Source of the DNA: Moniliella sp. 'wahieum'
Taxonomy: Eukaryota
Assembly (NCBI GenBank): GCA_003971905.1
Contig: RSEE01000104.1
Location: 62,001 to 126,000 of the forward strand
Reading direction: 5' to 3'
Length of the DNA stretch: 64,000 nt
The notes below the pieces were generated by a model that worked only from the letters and a program-made list of their open reading frames with translations, was not told the DNA's origin and made no database searches. How positions within the stretch are numbered: position 1 is the stretch's first letter; the number at the start of each line of letters is the position of its first letter. This document shows, piece by piece, positions 40,815 through 54,037 of the stretch. A program made the translations under genes and the position numbers.

Positions 40815-42054
40815 TTAGGCCGTGCCCAAGAGTTCGGGCGCGGTCTGGTCCTTGACATAAGCCGAGACCGACTCGACCTTATCGCACCAAGTGGCGAGGC
40901 GAGTGCGCAGTTCCTCAATCTGCGTTCGGTCCAGGACGCGTGGCTGGACCCAATCCACCTTGACAGTCCTGGACCTGGTCCATGGTACCGCGAATCAAAT
41001 GGAGCGAGAGGGCCTTCATCACCAGATGTTCCACCTCGTCGAGCGGCAGGCGCGTCTCGCGCGCAATCGAGCCAAACGTGATCGCCGCGCGCTGTTCGGG
41101 CGAGCGGGCAAAGACGGACTGGATCAAGGCCATCAAGCACATTTTTTGGCGCAAAAACGAAACGTTGGCACCTAGGATCGGTTCCGCCGTTTTGGCAGGG
41201 AGCAAGATGGCTTCAAACGCGGCCAAGTCGCCGGCATTGTACGCATTGAGCAGTTGCACCAGCAGCGCATGCGCGCGTGCCCTCCAGCGCGGCCACAATC
41301 GGGTGCAACAGCAACTCGCCAAAGTTGTAAATCGCATCCGATAGCAGCGCAGCCAAGGCCAGGTCGTGCGCACGTTCCACCTTGTCGTCGGTGGACAGGT
41401 CCGTGTCGAGGTTGACACAGGCAAGGTAGAGCAACGAGTTTTTGTAGTAGGGCGCATACTCCGCTTGGCTTTGTGGTAGTCGCCTGCGACGCGGTAAAAA
41501 CGCACCGTACACGGCCGGGTCTACCGCGTCAAACTGGGCCAGCAGGGCGGCACAGTCGTCCATCGCCTGCTTGGTCGCGGGCAAGTTGCCGTGGAGCAGT
41601 TCGAGATGGGCAGCTTCCATGGCGAGGAGGATGTATGCCTCGCGTTGCTGGAAAGGCGAGTTGACGGCGGCGCGGGCGCCAGGAGGCCTGGTAGCGCGGC
41701 TCGCGCTCCTCGTCGGCGCGGGCGCGGGGCTTGACGGCAGCGACCTGGGCCGCGAGGAAGGCGCGGGCATCGGCGGGCGGGGGGAAACGCTTGACGACGC
41801 GCACGGCAATCTGGGCACGGCGGAGCTGGTTGATCTTGCCCTCGAAGCCGGCGACAAAGTGGGTGTAGAGGGAGACGGTGCGCGACGGGGGGTGGCCGCC
41901 TCGGGGAGCTGGAGAAAGTGCTCGAGGGCGAGGGTGAGCTGGTACCAGAGCTTGCGCTCGTACAGGTCGCGCATGGACTCGTACAGCGGCCTGAGCACTT
42001 CGGGCGTGCTGGGCGCGACGGCCTGCTCGGCCAGTACGTAGCGGTGGCGTCCAT
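40815..42054 (-). CDS. RPN9: 26S proteasome lid subunit Rpn9 (PSMD13)
   Basis: LYERKLWYQLT, YYKNSLLYLACV, AHDLALAALLSDAIYNFGELLLHPI, FLRQKMCLMALI, EVEHLVMKALSLHLIRGTMDQV, WVQPRVLD. Confidence 0.94.
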
Positions 42055-43110
42055 GGGGGGGGTGGGGAGGGAGAGGCGAAGACGGAGGAGAAGGTGGCTG
42101 CGTCCTGCGGCAGGCCACGCGTCGTCTGCACGGGGGGGGGCGCTGAGGTAATGGCACGTGCCCGGGGCGACGGCGGCGGAGGTGAAATTGGCAGCGGGGC
42201 GGAATGGATGGGACGGGGATGGCAGGGCGTACGTAAGCAGCGGAGGGCGGGCTGGGAGCTGAGAAGCTGGGAGCTGAGACTGCACTGGGCTCAGCTGGGC
42301 GTGTGGCATGCGGGCAGCGTGTCTTCCCCACATGGGCGCGTGCCGGCCTGCCTTGAAGGGGGCAGGGGCAGCGGCCAGCGGCGCGCTGCGCAGGGCCAGT
42401 GTGCTGCGGCGCATGGCCTGGCGGTGCGTGTCTGGCCGGGCCAATGCGCTTGCCAGGAGCACCCGCGCCGGCGTGGAGCTACGTGGCACACTCGCCCGCG
42501 GCCGGGCCTGGCGCGCCCTGCAGCGATCGGCACGCCCGCGCAGCCACACCGTGCGTGCCGGCGCGGGCGAGCGAGCGAACAGCAACCCTAGCGGGGCTGC
42601 CAGCGCGTGCGGGCACGGCGGGTGTGTGTGCAGCACGCCCCAGCACAGGCGCCGTGGGGCGCTGCGGGCCGGCCGGGGACGGGGCGCGCCAGCTGGGCGG
42701 ACGCTGGCGCTGTGCCGCCCCCTGCACCAGCGGGGGGCGCAGCAGGCGGCGAGTGTGGGCGGAAAAGGCAGCCGGGGCGCCCAGCGCGTTTCTGCAGCGC
42801 TGCGTTTGGGGTTACTTTCTCTCTATCCACCCCCCATCCCCAGCCACACCATCCGCGCGCCTGGAGCACACGGCATTCATCCTCACCACCTCCATCTCCA
42901 TCCACGCCACCTCCATCTCCATCTCCATCTCCACCACCACCACCACCACCTCCTCCTCCGCCTCCTCCGCCTCCTCCGCCCCATATTTATGGCCCACACC
43001 TAACCCCCATCCAACCCCCAACCCACAAGTACGTCCCCCCCGCCCCAGCCCATCGCCCACACCTCCTAACCCCCCCCCCCAGTCTTTACCCACCGCTGGC
43101 CTCCCACGCC

Positions 43111-46100
43111 ATGGCCGACACTCCCGCCGCCCCCGACCGCCAGCAGCGCCTCGCTGCCGCCAAGAAAATCGTGCGTCCCCCGCCACCCTCCCCCGCGCGC
43201 CTGTGTCTGACTCTCCCCCCGCAGCTGCGTGCCCACCGCGCCAACACGCCCAGCCGCCCCCCCCCTCCCCAGCCCCCCGCCATCGCCCCCCCGCCACGAC
43301 CCTTGCCCCCCCGGCTAGCGTGTCCGCCTCCGCTGCAGGCAGCGCGCGGCACGCCCGTGGCCACTCCCGCACCTCCTCCATCTCCCTGTCCCAGCGCAAC
43401 TCTGCTGTCCTCCTGCCCCCGCTCTCCCCCGCCGCTCCTCCCGCCGCCTCTCCCGCCCGTCTCCTCCCTCGACCCCCACCGCCGCTCCCACTCCCGCTCC
43501 GACTCGCGTGGCGCATTTGTCAAGCCACTGCCCAGCCCCCGCCGCAGCAGGATAGAAGCGCGCCATTCCAAGCGCCAGAGCACCAAACTCAATGATGTCT
43601 CCCTCTTGTTTGGCGGCGTCCCCACCACGCCTTCGACCGACTGGCTGGACGACGAGCCTCGCTCCACTCCTCCCGTCGTCCTGGCCCCGGCCCCTGCTGC
43701 GACGCGCCGCCCCGTCCACCGTCCGTCCGGCTGTCCCGCACCATCCCCGTCTCGGCAGCATCTCTGTTTGGTCCGGTGCCCTCCACGCCCGCTACGCCCG
43801 CCACGCCCCATTCTCACGACAGCAAGCCCTCCGCCACGCCTCGAGCAAGCGCAACAGTCGCCACCTTCGCCATGCTAGTGTGTCGACGAAACGCGACAGC
43901 CTCGAGATTATGGCCTCGTCCGGCTCTAGCTTTTACTCGCCTGCCGACCGGCGTCGATCGGCACGCTTGTCGGGCGCCGTGCCGGCGTCGATGCTGTTTA
44001 GCCAGTCGGGGTCGGGGCTGTCGCAGGCCTGGGCCTGGTCCGCGGAAGAGGAGCCAGAAAGTACGGACGACAGTCGGTTGACCGCGCTGGAAAAGCTCGA
44101 AGGCAAAACACGTTCTTCATCCGAATCCTGCCAGTCGCGTCCGTCGGCCAGCGACCCACGGCCTCCCTCATCGCCGTTCCCCTTTGCACTGGAGGAGAGT
44201 GCGAGTCGGAACTCGGTGGCGCTTCCGTCGTTTGATGCGCTGCACGGATCGGAACCGATGGACCAGCGTGTGTCCCGTACGCTGCTGCAAGAGAACGAAG
44301 ACTCGACGCAGCAAGATGCCTTCCCGCTTGGGCTGCAGGACTTTGACCGTGCAGCTTCCGACACTTCCTCTGACGATACCGAGGTGGCCGAGGTAGACAC
44401 CTCGACGCCGCCGGCGGAATCTGAAGCCGAAGGACTCAGCACGTTGCTCGAGGAAGAGGAGGAGGAAGACAATTCCTTTGCCCCCCGAATCATCCGAGGT
44501 GATTGAGCATCAACGTGTGCTTCGGCGCAAGAGTCTGGCGCCCGCCCCGCTCAAGCTGCAGTCGCGTCCGCTCAGCATGCGATTCCAAGGTGGCTCTTCC
44601 TCCGTTCGGGCGGGACCATGGTGCCGTCGACGTCGATGCCCGACCTGTCTGGGCGCAGCACCCCGTCCCCGTCCCCTACCCCGGCCCAGAACCACCCAGA
44701 ACCAGAACCAGGGCAAGGACACGAAAGAGGAAGACGTGGCGACGCCGCGTGCCAAGCGCTTGTCGTTGTTCATGGACGATGTGCCCCAGTTTAAAGAACT
44801 TCAGCTGTCCAGTTCCAGTCCCGGTCTGCCACGACCGAGATCCCAACCAGCGCATCGACGAGCAGTGTCAAGGCGTCGTCGCAGTTCCATCATGTACAAG
44901 ACGGATACGGGGGCGATCGTGCCTGCGCGTCGCGGCTCGACTGCCCGTCGTGGCTCGGGCAGTTTGTCCTCGATCCTCTGGACGAGCTACGTGGGAAGGC
45001 GGCGCAGGATGCGCAAGCGCTCGAGCAAGCTCGGCAACAACTTGCCGTTGCCCGGCTCGAGTTGGCTGAAACACGTGGCCAGTTGGACCAAGCTTGGTCC
45101 GAAGTGCACGAGCAGGAAGATCGGTTCAAAGCCGTGGAACACGACTTGCTTGACCGCATCGAGACGCTCACACGTGCGCAGCACGAAGCGATGGAAGCCG
45201 TAGCCGTGGCGGAGCGCAAGGCCAGTCAGCTGGCTGACCAGCTCGAGTTGGCCGAAGCGAACGGGACACGTACAAGGACGATGTGGACGGGTGGCGAGAA
45301 CGGTGTTCGGAGCTGGAGCAGCGTGCCGAAGTGGAGAAGGCACGTGCTGACCGAGAGACGGAGGCACGGCAAACTGTGATGGGCAAAACGGAGCGACTGA
45401 TTGCCCAGCTCGTTGCGCTTGACCAGCCGGTTGCTCCGGAGGATCAGCTGACCCGTGAGGACACTACGGTCCAAAGCGAGACCAAGGTGCACGAGCGTCG
45501 TTTCAGTCCTGTTTCTGCTTCGCCCGTCACGCCTTCGCCCGAGGCGACGGTCAAGTTGCTGTCGGACATGCGGCAGCAAATTTTCAACTTGCGCGCACGC
45601 TGGAGCACGAACGGGAGGAACGGCGTGCTGTCGATGCGCAGTTGGCCGAAACGCGAGCCGAGTTGGCCTCGCTTCGCAGTCCCACCCAAGACGAAGGAGA
45701 CGACTCGTTTGGCGCAGGGGAAGATGCGTTTGCGCTCGAAGGGCTGGGTGCACCGGAGATTATGGTGACTGCCTCGCGCACCGGACGCAACCGACACGTG
45801 TTTGCCTACGACTCGAGCAACGACAGTTACTCGCCTCCCAGCACGGTGGCACCAGCGCGCACGACGGATCAGTCTCGATCCTTTCGGACCGTCCGTCGTC
45901 GGAGGATGTGTGGAAGACGGGTGGGTTTGGCGAGATGACGGACGAAGAGGATTTGGGGTTGGGCAACAGCCACCATACCATGCCTCGCTCGCGCTCGGCC
46001 GACGCGACACGCTCCACACGCTCCCCGAGGCCGATGAGGAACCGACCGCCGCGACGCCCGTCCTGGACTCGGAGGCGTTCCAGCCGTGTTGCCTGACCCG

Positions 46101-47123
46101 GAAGCACTTTGACCCGGAAGTCGATCCCGAGGCCGTGGCCGAGGCCGATGCCGATGCCGCGGCGAGAGCGTGTCCCGTCCGGTGCCGAGGCAAGCTGGAT
46201 GGCAGACCCCGAGCGGAGACGACCGGTACCTGTGGACGCGGATCCGGAAGCAGAAGAAGGGTGGGAGGACGAGTCGCATTTGATGCCGCGCGAGCTCTTT
46301 GGGGGTGCAGCGACGCCCGAGTTGAGTGTGACGGGCCCGACGTCGAGTCAGACGGAGGGCGACGAGACGCCGACACCCCTGGAGGAAGAACAAGAGGCGG
46401 TGTTTGACTAGGACAGGGGTACGACGGGTGGGAGACTGAGTCGACTCGTCCGAGACCAAGGCTAAGGAATTCGATCGCACCTGGTCCTTCTCCAGTGCGT
46501 CAAGCAAGACCCAGCGGAGATTGCGCGGCAACGCGAGATGGTGGCGCAAGCGCACGGCGGTAAAGTGCCATGCAACTTTACCCCTGGGCCCAAGCTGCCT
46601 GGGCACGACTTTTTCGGGATCAATACCGAGTTGGATATGCCGCCGTTGGCTCCTCGTTGCCAGTTTGGACTTGCCTCCTATCCCGCTCACGGGGCTGCCT
46701 GTCCGCCACGTTCGTCGCGCATCCAAGATGATGCGGGAGAACCTGGACGCGTCGACGAGCAAGATGGTAGCGCGCAACTCGTTGTTGGGCATGACCAGTT
46801 CGCGCTGTACGGTCTGAGTGGGTACTTTCTCGCCTCGGCCCACGTCGATGGTGGGTGCTGTAGCTGGCGCTGCGGCGCATGCGGCGCATTCCTGTGTGCC
46901 CAACCCACCTCGTTCCAATTTCACTTCGTCCACTGCACCAGGCAAGCACGCCAACGCCGATTTGCGCAACAGTACCGCCCAATCCTTCTCCAGTGCCTAC
47001 TCGAACGCTTTACCCGACGGACGCGCCGACGCGGCGCTGCAGACGCTGATCCAGGAACAAGGGGGCAACCCGACGTGGCAAGCACCGCTCGCTTGCCCGT
47101 CCGGCTTTACCCTGCGCGACTGA
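43111..47123 (+). CDS. Large low-complexity/coiled-coil hypothetical protein
   Basis: MADTPAAPDRQQRLAAAKK start, intron at ~43171-43224, S/R-rich and acidic segments, coiled coil at ~45000-45660. Continuity across frameshifts and the 3' end are inferred. Confidence 0.55.
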
Positions 47124-48959
47124 CGTTGGCGCCCGCCTGCGCCGCGGCTGGCGCGGGAGGCACGGGAGAAACTTGGCCCCCGCCGTCTGGTGCCCAGGGT
47201 AGGCGTGACCAACCCCCCTCGCTCTTCCCGGCACCAAGGGATACGCTCGACTTTGGTCCGGCCACCGAGGGCGTAGGTGCCTGGCCGCTCATCTGCATCT
47301 AACGTCAGTCTTGTGAAACGGACCTCCCCCCCCCTCTCCCTCTCCCTCTCCCTTCTTCCCCCTACCTCCTACTAGCTTCTACTAGCTCCCACTACCTTTC
47401 ACTGCATCCCCCCTCCCCCCCCCTCTCTCTCGATTGGTGTCTTTTTTTTTCTCTTGGTAACGCTCTCCTCTGCATCCTGATGTATTTTCTTCACTTCCCC
47501 CCCCCCCTCCCTCTTTACCGAAAACTTTTGTCCTCTCCCATCTGCCCATCTGCCCATTTTGTCCCTCTTCCCCCCCGCTGTGCTCTTGACTATTACCGTT
47601 TTCCCCGTTGCTCGTCCCCCCCGGGGTTTATCTCGGGTTACCTCCGTGGTTTACCTCTGGGCGAGCAGTAGTTACCGGACACAAGAAAGCTCTGCGCTCT
47701 TCATTTGATGTTTTTTTCCTTGATTTTTCTTATGGTTTTCTCTTGTGTTTCTCTTTGGGTGAAGGGGGGGGGGGGGGGGCCTTACTACATAACTTAACCT
47801 CGGTGCTTGTATCTGCCCTATGCCCACCTTCCCCCCTTCGTCCCCGCCTCTGGGTGCCCCACTCGCTTGGTGGTCCAATGGACCGACTCTGTTCCTGCTC
47901 CTGCTTCTGCTTCTGCTTGCATTTGGGTTACTTGGGTTGGTGTGTTCATGTGGTGGTGGCGGGGCCGATTCGGTACGGTAGGTTGGCAGCTGAGGCTGCG
48001 GTGGATAGGTGGCGAGGTCAGGTTCAATGTGGGGACGGCATTTGTTGGCATGGGGTGAGTCCGGAGGACGGGAGTAGTAGAAAATCGATGCAAGATCGAA
48101 TAACCGAACGCCTTAGTAGTACTCAGAACTCAGAGTAGTAGTGACGAGGACAGTAAAGCAATGCGGATGCCAGGTGCACCACCGCATGCCGAACAGAGAT
48201 AGCAAGCAGTATTGTGTTGTGCAACGACCGACGCGAACGACGAAAGAGGAGGTGGGTGGGCTATTCTATGTTCCTACGGAGGCGCGGGAAGGTGGCGGTG
48301 CCTACAGTAGCCTCGAACGGAGGGGAGTGGCAAACACGTATACGGACGAATCTAGGGACTACTAAGTAAGTACTAACGTGCACCGCTCGAACGTTGGCCG
48401 GCGCCTCACTGAGCTACGGTATCCAACGCGGGCGTGAAACAAGAACAAAAATCAAGGCATTGATGAATTAATCATTGCATCGGCATAGAATCGCTTTTGT
48501 TGTCGTCCAGTGGACGGACGAGAGCGAGAGAGGAGAAAACCTGCTCGAGTTGGGCGGGTGCCAGAGTGCAAGATGCGAGGTGGAAGCCCTGGGGCAGAAG
48601 GGAAGCATCAGAGGTGTGACAAGAAAAGGGGGGTCAGACACTCTGCGGTTGGCAGATGAACGGTGGGCAAGGTGGTGGAGGTGATGGGGCTACAAAACAA
48701 AGAGACGTTGGCCTCTGTGGGGCTGAGATTCTGAGAGGATCGCCCCAGTTGAAAGCCAAAAAAAAGCCAATTAACCCGTCAGAGTAATCGTGTGGGGTTT
48801 ATTGCAGTTTATATTATTGCAGCGCGCCAACTCCGCCTCGACTTCATTCCGCCGGGGGGTCTGCTGTTAATTTTTTTTTCTCAACGCCCGCCCCACCACA
48901 TCCATCCATCCATCGATCTTCCCTCCGCCCATCGAACCAGCTCCCCCCTCTCGCCCACC

Positions 48960-49292
48960 ATGCATTTGATGTACACGCTCGACAGCGTACGTGCCCCGCT
49001 TCTGCTGCTGCGTCCGCGCCTGCGTCTCTCTACTGACCCCGCCTCCGCTCCCAGAACGGCAAGCGCACCTACACGCTCAAGAAGGCCACGCCCGAGGGCG
49101 AGGTGACCAGAGCGCGCACCCAGGTACGTTTTTATTTTTTCTCTCTCCTGTCCCGCCGCCATGTGCCATTCACCTAACCTCTCTCCGCTCACCTCCTTTG
49201 CCTTCCATCCAGCCCGCTTCTCGCCGGACGACAAGTTCTCCCGGCAACGCGTGACGGTCAAGCGCCGCTTTGGTGTGCTGCCCACGAGCTGA
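48960..49292 (+). CDS. NOP10: H/ACA snoRNP subunit Nop10 (3 exons)
   Basis: MHLMYTLDS | [10 protein letters not shown]...SAHP | [26 protein letters not shown]. Introns at 48987-49054 and 49124-49212 with GTACGT donors and CTRAC branch sites. One apparent 1-nt deletion in exon 2. Confidence 0.96.
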
Positions 49293-49444
49293 GCAAGAGT
49301 AACTTGCAATGCACCATCTTTTCATGTCGTGATTGTCTTGGTTGTCGTGGTTGCCGTGGTGGTTTGGTTCGTTGGCGCTTGCGGGCCTAGCGCTGCGCAA
49401 CAGCGTCCAACAACTCAGCGGCACAACCAACTTGTCTTTTGGGG

Positions 49445-49934
49445 TCAGTCTGTGCTGTCGGTGCCTGCGTTGGCCTTGCTCCCGTTTCTCGGGGTCGACG
49501 TACGGGGAAAGGGGGACGGAGGAAGCAGGACGTACAAAGATGGTGTCGCCATCTTCAATGCCGGCACTGATGAGGGACTGTGTGCTGGCTCGCTGGGTGT
49601 GGTGTGGTATGGTGGGTTTGGGTCAGTGTCCTTCGTCTGCCCACCTGCCGGGGGGAGGGGGAGAGCACGCACAGGGTCTGGCCATAAAACACGAGCCGCT
49701 GCCAGCTGGGGTCAATGGACAGGCGGCAGGACAGCAAGGTCTTGAGGTCTACCACTGTAGCAGTCGGGGGGAGATAGATCTCATGGTCTGGGGCACAGTG
49801 TCCCACGTTCTACGGTCAACGTTCCGGCCGTGGCGGGCTATCGTAGCGGGGATGGTGCGCGTGGACGGAGGAGGGGAGGGGGACGCACCGATCCAGCGGG
49901 GGTCCTTGACAGTGACGGTGAGGGTGGTGCCCAT
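49445..49934 (-). CDS. Small ubiquitin-like domain protein
   Basis: PTATVVDLKTLLSCRLSIDPSWQRLVFYGQTL...GIEDGDTIFV follows the ubiquitin-fold pattern (TV..LK..I....P..QRL.F.G..L...GI.DG.TI). Confidence 0.6.
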
Positions 49935-50097
49935 GGCGAGACGCGAGACGCGGGCAGGGCAAGTGGCAGGAGGGGCGGATGGATGAGGGCGGGAAGGGGG
50001 AGGATGGGGGGGGGTGTATTTATAGTGTCTGATATCCTGGCGATTCCCCTGGTTCCCTAACAGGGGGCGCTATCAAGCAACACACGCAAGATAAACG

Positions 50098-50158
50098 GGT
50101 CGGCTTAGGCGTGGCGTTTCGCTGTCCCAGGCTTAAGCCCGGTCAATGCTATGGATGA
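50098..50158 (-). repeat. Dispersed ~60-bp repeat, diverged reverse-strand copy
   Basis: Reverse complement reads TCATCCATAGCATTGACCGGGCTTAAGCCTGGGACAGCGAAACGCCACGCCTAAGCCGACC. Confidence 0.7.
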
Positions 50159-50702
50159 AGAGTGTGGGATGCGATACAAGTAGGCTGCGCCAGACCCGCG
50201 ACGCAGACGCATCGCAGACGCCCTGGAGAGGGTTTGGATCGGTTGCAGCCGCCTTGGTTTGATTGGAGACGCCTGGGATCGATTGATTGCAGACGCTGGA
50301 TCGCTGGGACAGGCGCCGGAGAAGCGTGGCAGGCGTCGGCTGGGCGGAGGAGCAGGTGCGGCCCGAGGGAGACCGATGCTTGATGATCATCCACCAGCGC
50401 GCCCACACTCGTCTGCTGCCGCCGCACGCAGACTGGCGCCTGCCCCTTCGGCCAGAAGAGTGCGGCTGCACAGGGTTGGTTACGTACGCAGCACACTGGC
50501 GCTTGGCGGCGAGCACACACACGGCGTCTCCCCTGGCGCATGCCGAGTCCCTCGCAGCTCGCGGCTCGTCATTGCCTGGGGTGTCCCCATCCGCCTCGTT
50601 GTGTCCTCGCCATCCCCATCCTCATCCCCCTCGACGGCACCCACCTCCTCGCCATCGCCATCCCCACCCTCCTCCTCCTTCTCCACCGCACCCCCACCGC
50701 CC

Positions 50703-51996
50703 ATGGCCCGTGGGGGCTGCACTACGACGGCAGTGTCCCCAGCCCGCCCTGCGTGCTGGGCGACATCAGCTACGCCGACATGGCCTCCCTCCTCCCCCAC
50801 CTCAACACCACCGACCCCGTCATGGCCGCCTATGCGCGCGTCGTGTACACTGCGCTGGCCTACGAGCGGGCCGGGGCCAGTGCACCGCTGTCAAGGCCCT
50901 GGCCGACGTGCGTCTTGCCGTGACCTACATCATCTACACCTCCCTGTGCACGGTGCTGTTTCTGCTCCTCACCACTGTCCTGCTCAAGGGCGGCCTGGAG
51001 AGCGCCAAGCGCCGCTCGCCCATCGTCTGGCTGCTCGCTGCCTCCATCCTCCTCGGCCTTGTCGCCTCTGTCTTTGACACGGTCTTCTGGACCGTCGAGA
51101 TGGTCAATGCGCGCATCCCGTCCCAGGTCGCCAATGGCCTGTACGTGGTGGAAGACCTGATGCTCTTTCTTGTGCCTTGGGTTTTGTCTGGGCGCTGATC
51201 CTCCGCCTGGCTGTCTTCTGGCCCCCAGCTCTGTTTGGGCGCAAGAAACAGTTGCTGGTCATCTTGCCTCCCTCGGTACTGCAGTGTGCCAGCCTGGCCT
51301 GCTACGGCCTCGTCCTGCGCAGCGCCACCACAGCGACAGCCGCATTGCCTCTGACTTCTCGCCCCAAGTCAGCCAGCCCAAACCTGCGAGCATGGTGCTG
51401 GGTCAGCACCCGTCTGCCGTCCGCATGCGCTGGGACCACGCGCACTACGCGACGTTTGTCACTGCGCTTCTCTATGTCAACGTGGGCTTATCACGACAAT
51501 GGTGGCGGATGCGCTCCCACCGTGGCACAGGCACCTTGGCACAACTGCGTCGTGGATTGGGAAAGCGCCTGATCCCATCTTACGTCTTGCTTTGCCACCT
51601 ACCATGGCCACCGCTGCGCCGACCTCCTTGGCGCGGGAAGAGGAAGCGCGGCTCTACCGTTCGCTCCGACCGCAACGAAGGGTCGGGCTGTGGTGGACGT
51701 TGATTCGCACACTGCATTTTCTCGCGTTTGGGTTCTGGGTGCCGACAGCTACAGCGGTAGCTAGTTGGGTCGTGCTCGCTACCCAGAAACTGGAGGTGGC
51801 CATGTACCTCGAAGCGGCGTTGGTGTATGTTTCCCCTTGGCGGGCATCGTGGCCTGCTTGGGCGCCACATCCCGATTCTTGGATCGAGAAAACCACTACT
51901 ACCCCTCGGCCACAACCACGTTTGTTACGCCCCCCGAGGAAGGGAAGAGTCCAAGTACGATCCTGCAGAGATAGGAACCGGAGCCGGAGCCGGAGC

Positions 51997-52028
<32 letters not shown>

Positions 52029-52269
52029 GGCAGGCACACGAAAACGAGGGCATACCCAAGCCCATGGGACCGAGGTGGTATCTCTAGCGGACTTTTTGAT
52101 GGACTCACCTCCCCTGACCGACTCATTTTCTTCCCCCTGTGCTGGGCCGCCTTCGCCTCCGCTCCAGGACAGGTGCGAGAGCCGAACCGGTGGCTTTTCC
52201 CCTGCCGCGGTCTGGTCCGAGTGCGCTTCCGACGCACGAAGCGTCAAGGGAGCCGGGGTAAGGGGGTAA
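50703..52269 (+). CDS. Multi-pass membrane protein of unknown family (about 6-7 TM)
   Basis: Hydrophobic helices VTYIIYTSLCTVLFLLL, IVWLLAASILLGLVA, LMLFLVPWVL-WALILRL, LLVILPP, FVTALLY, FLAFGFWVPTA and MYLEAALVYV. Start uncertain. Confidence 0.6.
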
Positions 52270-54037
52270 GGGGCAGGGTTAAGGAAAGAAAAGAAAAGCC
52301 AAAAAAAGGGGGGGGGGGGCTTCGGTCCTCCATGCCATGCCTTGCCTATGTTGTCGCACTATGTACCTTACCTTACCTTATCTTGCCTTACCTTGCCTCA
52401 CTGGCTCACCTTACCTCTCCGCACCATGCTAACCACGCTCACGTTGCCCCCCGCCTCGTTCCAAGCTTGCCCCTTCCCCTTTTGCTCTCTTATCTACTGC
52501 TCTGGCCTCGCGGATGCGAGGTCCCAATCGTTGTACTTGTGCGTTGGACCGATCGATGGTGATACCCTTAATGGACGGTGGTGATGGTGGTGGTGGGCGG
52601 TAGTAGTAGTAGTGGGAGTGGGAGTGGATGGGTGAAATGGCGGAGGGGAACTTCAATAGTGCGTTTGGGCTCCTGTGGTCTTACACTACACATGGGTGGG
52701 GCGGGCGGGGGTGTGTGACAGGTGACACAACAGCTTGAAGCTTATAAGGCCTAAGGCCCAAAGGGGGTAGTAGGGGTCGGTAATGGGTTGGTGTCCAATA
52801 CTGGTTCCTGACCCGTCTGTCCCGCTTGCTGTAGCCCAGGCGCCCCAGGGCGATCTGTGGTATTCCGAGTGGGAGAGAAACTCGGGGGTAACGCAGGATG
52901 GATCGCCGGCGAATGCCACGGAAGGAGGGGGGGCGAGGGAGCAGGTGTGCGTGGATTGGGTGGGCGAGAAGCGGGGTTTGGTCGATCGTTGCGTGCAAAA
53001 GCGTTGAACGTTGGACGTTGAACGTTGATGGCGAATGGCAGCAAGCGTACCCAGGCGCGTCTTGCCAGTGTGTGGCGCGGGATGGGTGGGTGTCGAGTGG
53101 AGCGGAGGCGAGGCGATGGACGCTGTGTGGCGACCAAGCCACAGCAGCGGGTGGGTGCGTGTGCGGCTGGCAGAGGCGGGAGGACTGCGGGGATGTGGAA
53201 CGTTCGGGCGGGCGGCGGCGGGCGTTACGGTGGATGGGATGATGTGTTGGCCGCCGTCGAAGCACTAACACGGGCAAGCAGGTGGCTGTCGACAAGCACA
53301 CCCATCCCCCGCCACGCTGGCCCCGCCGCTCCCCTCGGTTGCGGCGTCGGTGGGGCGCCCGCGTCTGGGATGGGCCGGGGGGACGCCCTGAGCCGGCGCT
53401 GATCCACGCCCACTGCCCGCCCGCCACGTTCTCCGCCCCCGATCGCCGTCGCCGCTGGGCGGTTATGGGCAGCAGAGGCCTCCGCTTCCCGTCGCTCTCG
53501 CCTCCCTCCTCTTCCTTTCCTTCTTCTTCCCCCCCTCCTCCACCTCTCCCTCCCCCCTCTCCCTTCTCTTCTTTGTGGCCAGTTCCCCAGCCCGTCGCCC
53601 GACCCTTGCGCACGCTCCTTTTTGCATTTTTGCCTTCTTCCCCCTCCACACGCGTCCTTGCACCGGCCGCAGACGGTGCCCACGCCTCGTTACCCGCCCC
53701 AGCAGCAACTTCCTTCGTATGTCCGCGCCTCACGCCTTCCCCTGGCCTGAACAGGACGGTACGTGTGCCCCTCTCCTCTCCCTCCCGCCCCGACGGCAAC
53801 GCCACATCGGATCGGCCATGGCCTGTGTCCCCTCCCAGGGGCGGGCGGGCTGCTTGCTTGTGGGCCGACGGTTGGCTGTGGTGGCAGAACCCCGACGGTG
53901 GATTAGATTCGCCGCGTCGAGAGGGACCGCGGACGGAGGGCTCGTATTCCAGTGGCTACTTTACTAACCCCGCCGTGTCTGTCTGTCTGTCTGTCTGTCT
54001 GCTCTTCTGGCCCGGCTGTGCAATGTCTCGACGATGC

